Shown: positions 10,245 through 17,667 of the stretch, piece after piece | How the letters are laid out: the number at the start of each line of letters is the position of its first letter | Numbering within the stretch: the stretch's first letter is position 1 | NCBI GenBank assembly: GCA_029932645.1 | Contig: JAOZPR010000004.1 | Coordinates: forward strand, 1-21,555 | Direction of reading: 5' to 3' | Source: Candidatus Aenigmatarchaeota archaeon | GTDB taxonomy: Archaea; Aenigmatarchaeota; Aenigmatarchaeia; GW2011-AR5; JAGGXF01 | DNA: 21,555 nucleotides | Made by a program: the position numbers and the translations under genes | The notes under the pieces: model-generated | Seen by the model: only the letters and a program-made list of their open reading frames with translations | What the model was told of the DNA's origin: nothing | Databases searched by the model: none

Positions 10245-11093
10245 TCAATTCGCCCCAGTAGCATGTGCCGTAATCCTTGTTCCTGGCACGCTTTCACCTT
10301 TAAGAGCCTTTTCTATCCTTCCTTCGACAAGCCCATTTATAATCAAAGAATCGACACCACACTCTGTGAATATTTTAAGCATCTTCTCAACCTTTGAAAG
10401 CATGCCACCAGTAACATCTGTTCCATAAGAACCAGCGAGATATTTCCTAACTTGGTTTATATTATCACTTGATATTTCTGGTATAATATCCAAATCCGTG
10501 TCTTTTGTTGGGTCTCCTTTGAGAACGCCGTCAACTACGCCACAGTTTATTATTTTGGTTATGTTGAATCCTTGTTTTTTCAGTTCTCTCGCCAGATAAT
10601 AAAATATTTCCTCTGTTGATATGATTGAGCATCCCATTGCTGTGTCCAAGGCAACATCCCCGTATGGAACAGGTATCATGTTGTACTTGAGCAAAATCTT
10701 TATTGGCTCGATGTACATGTACTTAATCTGGCTGTTTTCAGCTATACCAGAACTGGACAAACTGATGGACATCGCGTTTTCTCCGGTATCTAAGAGTTCT
10801 CTAACAACCAGCCTGTTCAATCTAGAAGCAGCATCCTGAACCTCGGCTATTCCTTTGTAGCTTTCTTTGTTTATAATTCCTTTATGCGTCTGATACTTGT
10901 TGGCGGCGGAATGTGGAAAAGAACCACCGCCATGACCAACAATCAGTCGCATGTCCTTTTCTTGTCTGGCATTGTGTATCTCCTTTGTTATGCGTTTTAT
11001 AACACCTGGTCTAAGTGTAAACGGCTTGGTCTTATCTGTCAGCAAACTACCGCCAAGTTTTATCATGATTAATTCCGACTGCATGTGCACCAT
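10245..11093 (-). CDS. ipk: Isopentenyl phosphate kinase
   Basis: Amino-acid-kinase fold: [20 protein letters not shown] (IPK His), PVPYGDV and [10 protein letters not shown]; located within the MVA cluster. Alternative start ATG 11084. Confidence 0.9.
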   Translation of the reverse strand: MVHMQSELIMIKLGGSLLTDKTKPFTLRPGVIKRITKEIHNARQEKDMRLIVGHGGGSFPHSAANKYQTHKGIINKESYKGIAEVQDAASRLNRLVVRELLDTGENAMSISLSSSGIAENSQIKYMYIEPIKILLKYNMIPVPYGDVALDTAMGCSIISTEEIFYYLARELKKQGFNITKIINCGVVDGVLKGDPTKDTDLDIIPEISSDNINQVRKYLAGSYGTDVTGGMLSKVEKMLKIFTECGVDSLIINGLVEGRIEKALKGESVPGTRITAHATGAN

Positions 11094-11176
11094 CCATGAG
11101 AGAAATATTTCAGTATCTTTTTAAGTGTATTACGAATCGTAGATCAACGAACTGATTTGAAAAAAATTCAACAGCT

Positions 11177-11578
11177 TCATCCTTCTGCTTCAATAAAACC
11201 GTTGTCTGCATCTACCTTTATTTTTTGCCCTGTTTTTATGATTTCTGTGGGATTCTTTTCTGGCTTATCTATCAGCGGTATGCCAGATATTATCGCACCC
11301 ACAGCTACTATAGGCTCTGACTCAATGTTTATCATGGCTTTTGGCGTCAGACCGTTTTTCTTGAGCTGAAAAATTACATAGCTTCCGACAGTTGAACCAC
11401 AGCCACGAGGAAAAATCAGAATCTTGTCTGCGACACATTCTCCGAAGATGTCGCTTTCTTTGTTCATAATCTTTCCTGTCTTCGGATCAACATCGCCGAG
11501 AAAACTAATAGCGTCTTTTGTTACAAGTGCCTCGCCTTCAGCCAGACCCTTTGATACGACTCGTCCTTTAATAATCAT
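11177..11578 (-). CDS. Phosphomevalonate dehydratase small subunit (AcnX swiveling domain, DUF126)
   Basis: GRVVSKGLAEGEALVT, ISFLGDVDPKTG, GCGSTVGSY and EPIVAVGAII; overlaps the large-subunit stop. Confidence 0.88.
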   Translation of the reverse strand: MIIKGRVVSKGLAEGEALVTKDAISFLGDVDPKTGKIMNKESDIFGECVADKILIFPRGCGSTVGSYVIFQLKKNGLTPKAMINIESEPIVAVGAIISGIPLIDKPEKNPTEIIKTGQKIKVDADNGFIEAEG

Positions 11579-12741
11579 TCTATTATCTCCTCTATCCCAC
11601 CAAAGGATATCTTCTGTTTACATAGCTTTTTCAGGTACAAAGATGCCTTGCCAGAATTGGTTGCCGTGTTTCTGAAACCCATGTCTTCTATAGGTGAAAC
11701 AACAGGACATGTATCACAAATCACTTTTGCACCGGCTGTCTTGATGGCCTTGGTATATCCTTTCTTGTCAGCCTCTTCTTTAACAGCTCTTGAAGTATAA
11801 ATCCACAGTTCTCTCTTCAACTGCTTGTTTTTTACTTTTTCTGCTATAGTTTTTATCTCGCCCAAGGAGCAGTGTGGGCAACCTATGACAACATGATCCA
11901 CGTCTTCCGTGTCTGACAAATCCTTTTTTACTTTTTTGATATCTTCTTCTTTCACTTCTATTGTCTCTGGCTTGTCTAGTGACCACTCTGGTGTCTGTCC
12001 TTTTACAAAGAAGAGAGCAACAGCGCCGGATGCTGCCATCGCAGCACCAAGAGCTTTGAGTTGCTCTTCTGTTGAGCGCTGCTCGAGCTCGAACGCAGGA
12101 ACCTTGTTCTTGACCAGCCTGCCGGCGTAAACACCAAGCGCACCGAAATCTGAAATGGTCTTAAGTTTGACTTGCGCCTTTATCAAAAAATTTGCAACCC
12201 TGTTCTCGCCGAGATGATAACCATAATTAGCGGTTTTTCCTATTATCGCCGCTGCCAGAGACGATGGTCCGCCTTCTCGGTTTGTTCTAGCGCCTAAGAC
12301 AGAATTAGCAAACGAAACAGCAGACGACTCTGACCATGCGATATGCTCGCCTGTGCTCGGCCGAAGGCCGATGAGATATGGTGTGCATGTGCATGAAATA
12401 TTAACACCTATTTTTCTGAAAATCTCTATAATTTTCATCTGCTTCTCGGCAAAACTTTTTTTCACTCCCATTGCTTTCCAATCACAGAGGTCCATGCCAG
12501 CTGGATTGAGATATGTGTTCACAGCTACCTTGGCGCCGTTATCAGAAAAAAATTTTATGAAATCTGTACCTGCATCTCCAATGGTTTTGTAAGAAACGCC
12601 GGCCAGTTGGGCAGAGCTCACCGGTATTAATTTGTCTGCTTCATAAATTTTTCCTAATGCGACAAGAAGTTCGATTGCCTTTTGCTTGGCAATGCCTTCT
12701 TCGCCGTTATAAATCCTTTCTTCCTCTTTTGTTAAGTACAT
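11575..12741 (-). CDS. Phosphomevalonate dehydratase large subunit (aconitase X catalytic domain, DUF521)
   Basis: MYLTKEEE, GVSYKTIG, SCTCTPY, AWSESSAVSFANSVLGARTNREGG, IGCPHCS, DTCPVVSP and TNSGKA. The PMDh function is assigned from the mvk/ipk context. Confidence 0.88.
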   Translation of the reverse strand: MYLTKEEERIYNGEEGIAKQKAIELLVALGKIYEADKLIPVSSAQLAGVSYKTIGDAGTDFIKFFSDNGAKVAVNTYLNPAGMDLCDWKAMGVKKSFAEKQMKIIEIFRKIGVNISCTCTPYLIGLRPSTGEHIAWSESSAVSFANSVLGARTNREGGPSSLAAAIIGKTANYGYHLGENRVANFLIKAQVKLKTISDFGALGVYAGRLVKNKVPAFELEQRSTEEQLKALGAAMAASGAVALFFVKGQTPEWSLDKPETIEVKEEDIKKVKKDLSDTEDVDHVVIGCPHCSLGEIKTIAEKVKNKQLKRELWIYTSRAVKEEADKKGYTKAIKTAGAKVICDTCPVVSPIEDMGFRNTATNSGKASLYLKKLCKQKISFGGIEEIIE

Positions 12742-12755
12742 TTTTCATCAACAAC

Positions 12756-14054
12756 TCAGTCAATAATTTCAACATAATCTCTGATACTTATTTTGTCTTC
12801 AAGTGGGGCCTTTACCTTGACAAAGTGTTGCGCGTCCTTATCAAAGGGTATTGTACAGTCCATGCCAAGCTTGGTAGTTTTTCTTGTTTTCGGGTCTGCT
12901 GATGGGTCGAGTGAAGATCCCCGTTCGTTCTTTTTTATCACGAGATCTTTGTCTGCCTGGAATCGTGTCGCGATAGCCCACTCTATCTCATTCGGGTCAA
13001 ATATGTTGATATCCTCATCCACCACTATGACATGCTTGAGCGACTTGTGACCACGGAACGCGGCCTCTATAGCTTGTTTACCATCGTCTGCCTTTGTGTT
13101 TTTAATAGCCACGACAGCGTGCAACCATGAACAACCACCAGGAGTAATGTAAACGTTTTTGCATCTACAAACCTTGTTTACCTCGTTGAATATGACTGGC
13201 TCCTTCGGGACGCCCATCAATATTTTATGCTCGAGCCCGCTAGGAAGTATCGTGTGATACACTGCATCTTTCCTGATAAATATTTTCTTTATCTTAATAA
13301 CAGGCTGTTTTCTCACTATGTCGTATGTTTCTGTAAGATCCACAAAAGGTCCTTCATCGTGTGTTTCGCCAGTTAACTCGGCTATCATAACTATATCTGA
13401 GCACGGAACAACATGCCCGTTTATGTCAACTGTTTTAGTCATCTTTAGTGTGTTAGATATCTCAAGTTCGCTTTGGCCTGCGCCAACAGATATTGCAGAT
13501 GCCAATAAAACATTCGGTTCCATGCCTATGCATATTGCAAACTCTTTAAGACCCCTATCAATATACTGGCTAAAGTGCCTCGGCAATATTCTCGCGGCCA
13601 GCTTGTCTTTTCCTATGACCATCATCCGATGAAACGAGCAATTTATCCCGTACTTGGGATCGTTCGCAATAACAACGCTCGCGGACATGTATGGACCACC
13701 GTCCTTTTCAAAGTGCGTTAATATGGGTAAGCGGGACAAATCAGTGTCAATCTCCTCATAATTTTCTTTTACTATCGTTGGTTTGGATGGGTTGTTGATG
13801 GCATCGGAAACTTTGAACAGTAGGTTTTTTTCATCTATATCGAGCGCTTTGCAAAGCAGCTGCCTTGTTGGGCAGAGGTTTGCTATTACTGGGTATTTAG
13901 AATGTTCGCCACTCTTCAAAACAGGCTTTGTAAAAAGAATCGGCCGGTCTTGGAGTTTTTTGATGATAGATGCCATTTCATATTCAACAGAAACCGGTCT
14001 GTCTATCTTTACCAAAATACCATCAGCATCTAACTTCTTGACAAAATCTAACAT
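12756..14054 (-). CDS. UbiD-family prFMN-dependent decarboxylase; probable trans-anhydromevalonate 5-phosphate decarboxylase (AMPD)
   Basis: LPILTHFEKDGGPY, SFHRM, EGPFVDLTETYD, GGCSWLH, KHVIVVDEDINIFD, EWAIATRFQAD and GSSLDPS. The AMPD function is assigned from context. Confidence 0.85.
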   Translation of the reverse strand: MLDFVKKLDADGILVKIDRPVSVEYEMASIIKKLQDRPILFTKPVLKSGEHSKYPVIANLCPTRQLLCKALDIDEKNLLFKVSDAINNPSKPTIVKENYEEIDTDLSRLPILTHFEKDGGPYMSASVVIANDPKYGINCSFHRMMVIGKDKLAARILPRHFSQYIDRGLKEFAICIGMEPNVLLASAISVGAGQSELEISNTLKMTKTVDINGHVVPCSDIVMIAELTGETHDEGPFVDLTETYDIVRKQPVIKIKKIFIRKDAVYHTILPSGLEHKILMGVPKEPVIFNEVNKVCRCKNVYITPGGCSWLHAVVAIKNTKADDGKQAIEAAFRGHKSLKHVIVVDEDINIFDPNEIEWAIATRFQADKDLVIKKNERGSSLDPSADPKTRKTTKLGMDCTIPFDKDAQHFVKVKAPLEDKISIRDYVEIID

Positions 14055-15089
14055 TCAACCACCAACCTGATTTTTATCCGTTTTTATTTTTTTAACGCCT
14101 TCAACACCTATGTTTGTGATTATTGCCTTGCCACCAGCTTTTTCAATAGCTTCTGCTACCTTTTTCTGATCATCGGCAACAGCTATCATTATCCCGCCCC
14201 CGCCCGCGCCAGACATTTTTGCACCAAATGCATCTGCTTGCAGTGCAGCATTACACAGCTTTTCCAAAGCAGAATGGCTCACGCCAAGCTGCCCTAACAG
14301 CTCGTGGTTCTTGTTCATCAGTGCTCCGAGCTCTTTCAAGCTGTTGTTTTTTATGGCTATTATAGAATCTTGTGATATATTATCTATTTCGTCCAACAGT
14401 TTTTTCTTTTCTGGATTTTGCTGCAAAAGTTTGCGTACATTGCCGACCAGTTCCCCGGTATTACCACCAATACCGGTGTCACCAATAACAATAGGTATCT
14501 TTTGTTTGATATCTAAAATCTTGATTTGTTCTGATTTTCTGAATGCTATATAACCACCATAAACAACGGTACTGTTGTCTATGCCAGACGGCGTTCCGCC
14601 ATGAGCTATGATATCCCCCTGATAAGTCATATCACTTATCTCTTTCTTTGTCAGATTCATTTGGTAAAAATCACCGAGAGCCGAAACAACAGATGCAAAC
14701 AAAGACGAGCCAGAACCAAGCCCGCTTGCTATCGGTATGTCAGACCTTAGTAAGAGTTCAAACGGCACAAAACCATGCTCAGCAACAAACAATGATATAA
14801 TATATTTTATCGGGGAAAAGATGTCGTCTTTGGACATCTGCTTTAGCGATTCATAATCTTCTTCTTTTCGCAGTTCATCCACGCGCTGCTTTAAGCGTGA
14901 AATTTCTGACTCTGTCAGTTGCTGTATCATATCAAGCCTTTTGTCTTTGACCGTGATGCGTCTATGATTGTTTTCAGTCACTTCAGCAACAGACCTGATA
15001 TCGACAGCTGCAGCAATGCCAAGCTTGTCATATACGACCGCATGTTCACCAAAGAGTATGACCTTACCCGGCGCACTTGCACCAAACAT
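14055..15089 (-). CDS. mvk: Mevalonate kinase (GHMP family)
   Basis: SAPGKVILFGEHAVVY, PIASGLGSGSS, HGGTPSGIDN and KMSGAGGGG. Start placed at ATG 15089 because AGGTG precedes it; the ORF-track start at 15134 is the alternative. Confidence 0.93.
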   Translation of the reverse strand: MFGASAPGKVILFGEHAVVYDKLGIAAAVDIRSVAEVTENNHRRITVKDKRLDMIQQLTESEISRLKQRVDELRKEEDYESLKQMSKDDIFSPIKYIISLFVAEHGFVPFELLLRSDIPIASGLGSGSSLFASVVSALGDFYQMNLTKKEISDMTYQGDIIAHGGTPSGIDNSTVVYGGYIAFRKSEQIKILDIKQKIPIVIGDTGIGGNTGELVGNVRKLLQQNPEKKKLLDEIDNISQDSIIAIKNNSLKELGALMNKNHELLGQLGVSHSALEKLCNAALQADAFGAKMSGAGGGGIMIAVADDQKKVAEAIEKAGGKAIITNIGVEGVKKIKTDKNQVGG

Positions 15090-15215
15090 CAAAACACCTG
15101 CTTCTTTTTTTATAAACACCTGTTTCTCTTTCATAGATAGTTTTTTTACAATACTTTGTTTAAAATACTTTGTTAAAAGATTTTATAGTTTAACAACAAA
15201 CAAATATATCGACAT

Positions 15216-15377
15216 GCGCCTGTGGTCTAGTTGGTTAGATTTCGTCGCTGTTTGAAACAGCGGTGAAAAACAAAGACGTTGCCTTCACACATTATATATA
15301 ACATGGGAGAAACGGCAGAGATCGGCAGTTCAAAATCGTTGTTGCTGGCAACAGCGAGGAATATCTGCCCGGGCGCA
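15216..15377 (+). tRNA. tRNA-Val(CAC) with three introns (about 15239-15274, D-arm; about 15289-15311, anticodon loop; about 15335-15363, T-loop)
   Basis: Removing the three inserts gives a 74-nt cloverleaf: GCGCCTG-TG-GTCT-AGTTGGTTA-GGAC-G-TTGCC-TTCACAC-GGCAG-AGATC-GGCAG-TTCAAAT-CTGCC-CGGGCGC-A. Each insert folds into a relaxed BHB-like motif. CCA is not encoded. Confidence 0.88.
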
Positions 15378-15418
15378 TTGTTATTTTTATCTTCTTTAGT
15401 TCTATCTTCTTTATTTTT

Positions 15419-16069
15419 CTAGTCACATATTTTTGTTCCGACATGCTCGCCATTGAGAATCTGAAGAATTATTTTCGGGTCGTGGCCGTTGCAAACAATC
15501 GTAGGTATTCTTGCCCTTTGTATGACTTTTATCGCTGTCGGGTCAACAACGCCATAGTTGTTTGGGCTGACCTCTACGGCAAACCTATCAAGGTCTTCAA
15601 AACTTATTTTATCCAGCTTCTTCGCGTTTTTATTCTTTTTCGGGTCCTCTTCATAGACGCCATCAACATCTGTTAATATGATGAATAAATCTGCATTAAT
15701 CATTTCTGCTGCCAATGCTGCATTTGCATCTGAACTTCGACCAGGCTCGATGCCGCCAGTTACCTGTACCTCTTCTTTTTCATCTATGTCTGATAAACTA
15801 AAAACCGGCTTGCCTTTAAGCAAAAAAGAAAGTAACCGAACATTGGCACGCATAATATCAATATACATCTCTTCTTTTTCATCGTCGGTAAGATTGAAGG
15901 GTTCAATGGCTTTTGCATATTGTCTCGTCATGCCTCCCCCGCCAATTCCAATAACGAGCTGATTGACCTGCAGCAATTGAATAACAGAAACAAGTTTCTT
16001 TATATACTGCTCTCTTGGCCCTTCTGGGCCTATGGCCAAAGACCCGCCAACCTTGATTACCAGCTTCAT
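15419..16069 (-). CDS. pyrH: Uridylate kinase (archaeal type)
   Basis: VIKVGGS, GIGGGGMTRQY, TGGIEPGRSSD, TDVDGVYEEDPKKNKNA and VVDPTA. Confidence 0.88.
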   Translation of the reverse strand: MKLVIKVGGSLAIGPEGPREQYIKKLVSVIQLLQVNQLVIGIGGGGMTRQYAKAIEPFNLTDDEKEEMYIDIMRANVRLLSFLLKGKPVFSLSDIDEKEEVQVTGGIEPGRSSDANAALAAEMINADLFIILTDVDGVYEEDPKKNKNAKKLDKISFEDLDRFAVEVSPNNYGVVDPTAIKVIQRARIPTIVCNGHDPKIILQILNGEHVGTKICD

Positions 16070-16155
16070 ATGATTATAATCATCGTCTAAAGAATAAATA
16101 GTTTATTTTCAGATATACTGAAATAAAAGCAATGGAGAAAAAAAGCTGATAAAAC

Positions 16156-16178
16156 AAAAAAATTGGGCTAGTACACCC
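16156..16178 (-). terminator. Short hairpin plus U7 tract after the lysine-rich microprotein
   Basis: The minus strand reads GGGT-GTACTA-GCCC-AA-TTTTTTT, starting at the last base of the TAG. Confidence 0.5.
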
Positions 16179-16267
16179 TATCTCTTCTTTCTCTTTTTTG
16201 TTTTCTTCTTGGCTTTCTTCTTTACTTTCTTCTTTTTCTTCTTGGCTTTCTTCTTTTTCTTTGCCAC
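16178..16267 (-). CDS. 29-aa lysine-rich basic microprotein (MAKKKKKAKKKKKKVKKKAKKKTKKRKKR)
   Basis: GTG start at 16267 with SD-like GGAGTGTGA 5 nt upstream (16273-16281). AAG and AAA codons alternate in frame up to a TAG stop. BRE/TATA lies upstream and a U-tract downstream. Too short for the ORF track. Confidence 0.72.
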   Translation of the reverse strand: MAKKKKKAKKKKKKVKKKAKKKTKKRKKR

Positions 16268-16317
16268 AACAATCACACTCCGTTGAAAAAATTTACAATT
16301 AATTAATGTTGTTTAGT

Positions 16318-16333
16318 CATATAAATAAGTTTC
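16318..16333 (-). promoter_or_regulatory. BRE-TATA promoter of the lysine-rich microprotein
   Basis: GAAACTTATTTATATG on the minus strand, about 50 nt upstream of the GTG; 15/16 identical to 19491-19506. Confidence 0.55.
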
Positions 16334-16418
16334 TATTATTTTTTTTCCAAAACTTTTAGCAAATTTTTTTTAAAAAAATATAGAAATCTGAAAAAATCGA
16401 AAAAAATAAAAGAAAGAA

Positions 16419-16581
16419 TGGGCCCGGCGAGATTTGTTCAGGCTCTTATTTTTGAAGAACCTTTTGAACACGCGACCTCCAGTTAGCCCAGATGTTCCAA
16501 GCATTTCCCATTTTGCTTGGAAGTCGTATAAGACTGGCGCTCTAATTGCCCGATTGCATCTCCAGGCTAAGCTACGGGCCC
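16419..16581 (-). tRNA. tRNA-Ile(UAU) with three introns (16546-16561, D-loop 19/20; 16485-16526, canonical 37/38; 16434-16463, T-loop 58/59)
   Basis: Spliced 75-nt product: GGGCCCG-TA-GCTT-AGCCTGGTTA-GAGC-G-CCAGT-CTTATAA-ACTGG-AGGTC-GCGTG-TTCAAAT-CTCGC-CGGGCCC-A. BHB central helices are GCCT/GGGC, CTTA/TGGG and GTTC/GAAC, each with 3-nt bulges. There is one U-U mismatch in the T-stem. A T-rich tract follows. Confidence 0.9.
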
Positions 16582-16653
16582 AACATCTAAAAGTTATTGG
16601 CTTAAAACACTTTAAAACCTATATTTTAAAACCTTTCTCATCTCTATATTTTT

Positions 16654-17553
16654 ATGCTCAGAAGAAGCGATCTGGAAGATAGGGTGACAGATGTTCTAGA
16701 AAAGAGTAATTTTGATGTTCTAAGATATCATGGATGCTTTGACATAGCAGCCAAAAGAAAAAAAATATTGCTACTAAAGGTCCTCGTCAATATTGATTCA
16801 TTTCAAGAACAGCAAAGTGAAAATCTCAAGATAGTTTCGAAAAGTCTTTGCGCTTTCCCATTATTGATTGGGATTAGAACGAACAAAGAAAAATTAAAGG
16901 AAAACATTATTTACGAGAGATTTTATCTGACAACAATGAATCCAGAAACCTTAGAAAACATATTCTCCTCGTTCTCTCCAAAGATATTTAGAAAACGCGG
17001 TGGCATGTTCGTTGATATATATCCTGAAAGGCTGAGGCTCGCCAGAGAACGCCGTGGTCTGACCCAAGAGGAATTGGCAAAAAAAGTGGGGACAACGAAA
17101 AAAACGATATATGAGCATGAAAAGACTGAAAAGAAGATGTCCAAAGAATTTGCCATAAAACTGGAAAAGGTTTTAGATAAGAACATCATCAAGCCATTTG
17201 CTCTGAAAGAAACAGTGTTCGAGAATATTGAAAAAAAACCGAAAACACGGTTTGAAACCGAAGTTTTTAGGGAGTTTAGAAGAATAGGGTTTGACGCAAA
17301 TTTTGTAGAGCAGAAACCATTTAATATTATTGTAAAAAGTAAAAAAGAAAAAATGATACTGACAAAGGCTGAAACCCAAAAGAGGTGCCAAAAGATAGAT
17401 GAACTGAAAAAACTTTCTGCGTTCTTCAAGTCCCTCCCACTATTAATAACAAAAGAAAAAGGACTGGAGCTTTCTGTACCAACACTGGAAAAAACCGAAC
17501 TTAACGAGTTTAAGAGTGCAAACGAGCTAATGAAATTTTTGAAAAGTTTTTGA
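16654..17553 (+). CDS. Archaeal HTH-type transcriptional regulator (COG1395/MJ1164-like, Cro/C1 HTH)
   Basis: CFDIAAKR, LLLKVLVNIDS, RGGMFVDI and the HTH LRLARERRGLTQEELAKKVGTTKKTIYEHE. Confidence 0.82.
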   Translation: MLRRSDLEDRVTDVLEKSNFDVLRYHGCFDIAAKRKKILLLKVLVNIDSFQEQQSENLKIVSKSLCAFPLLIGIRTNKEKLKENIIYERFYLTTMNPETLENIFSSFSPKIFRKRGGMFVDIYPERLRLARERRGLTQEELAKKVGTTKKTIYEHEKTEKKMSKEFAIKLEKVLDKNIIKPFALKETVFENIEKKPKTRFETEVFREFRRIGFDANFVEQKPFNIIVKSKKEKMILTKAETQKRCQKIDELKKLSAFFKSLPLLITKEKGLELSVPTLEKTELNEFKSANELMKFLKSF

Positions 17554-17609
17554 GCGTTTCGTTGTGTTTAAAAACTTATTCTTTGAAACTGTATAAACGT
17601 AAGGTTTAA

Positions 17610-17667
17610 ATATACTTCCATGCACATATATTTTGATATACTTCCATGCACATAATTATGTATGGAA
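17610..17667. repeat. 19-bp exact direct repeat plus an imperfect inverted copy in the thermosome promoter region
   Basis: ATATACTTCCATGCACATA occurs at 17610-17628 and 17636-17654. TTCCAT (17642-17647) and ATGGAA (17662-17667) flank the perfect palindrome ACATAATTATGT (17650-17661). Confidence 0.85.

Noticed and set aside
10244..10297. N-terminal extension of UbiX in the ORF track
   Set aside because: It overlaps ipk, and the family-typical start [12 protein letters not shown] begins at 10243.
8623..15377. MVA cluster as an island integrated at tRNA-Val
   Set aside because: The cluster lies on the 5' side of the tRNA, with no duplicated tRNA 3' end, no integrase and no obvious compositional shift.
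16434..16682. 82-aa plus-strand ORF
   Set aside because: It lies antisense over the tRNA-Ile gene and has no recognisable motifs.
17610..17654. Direct repeat as a mini-CRISPR
   Set aside because: There are only two 19-bp copies with a 7-nt spacer and no cas genes.
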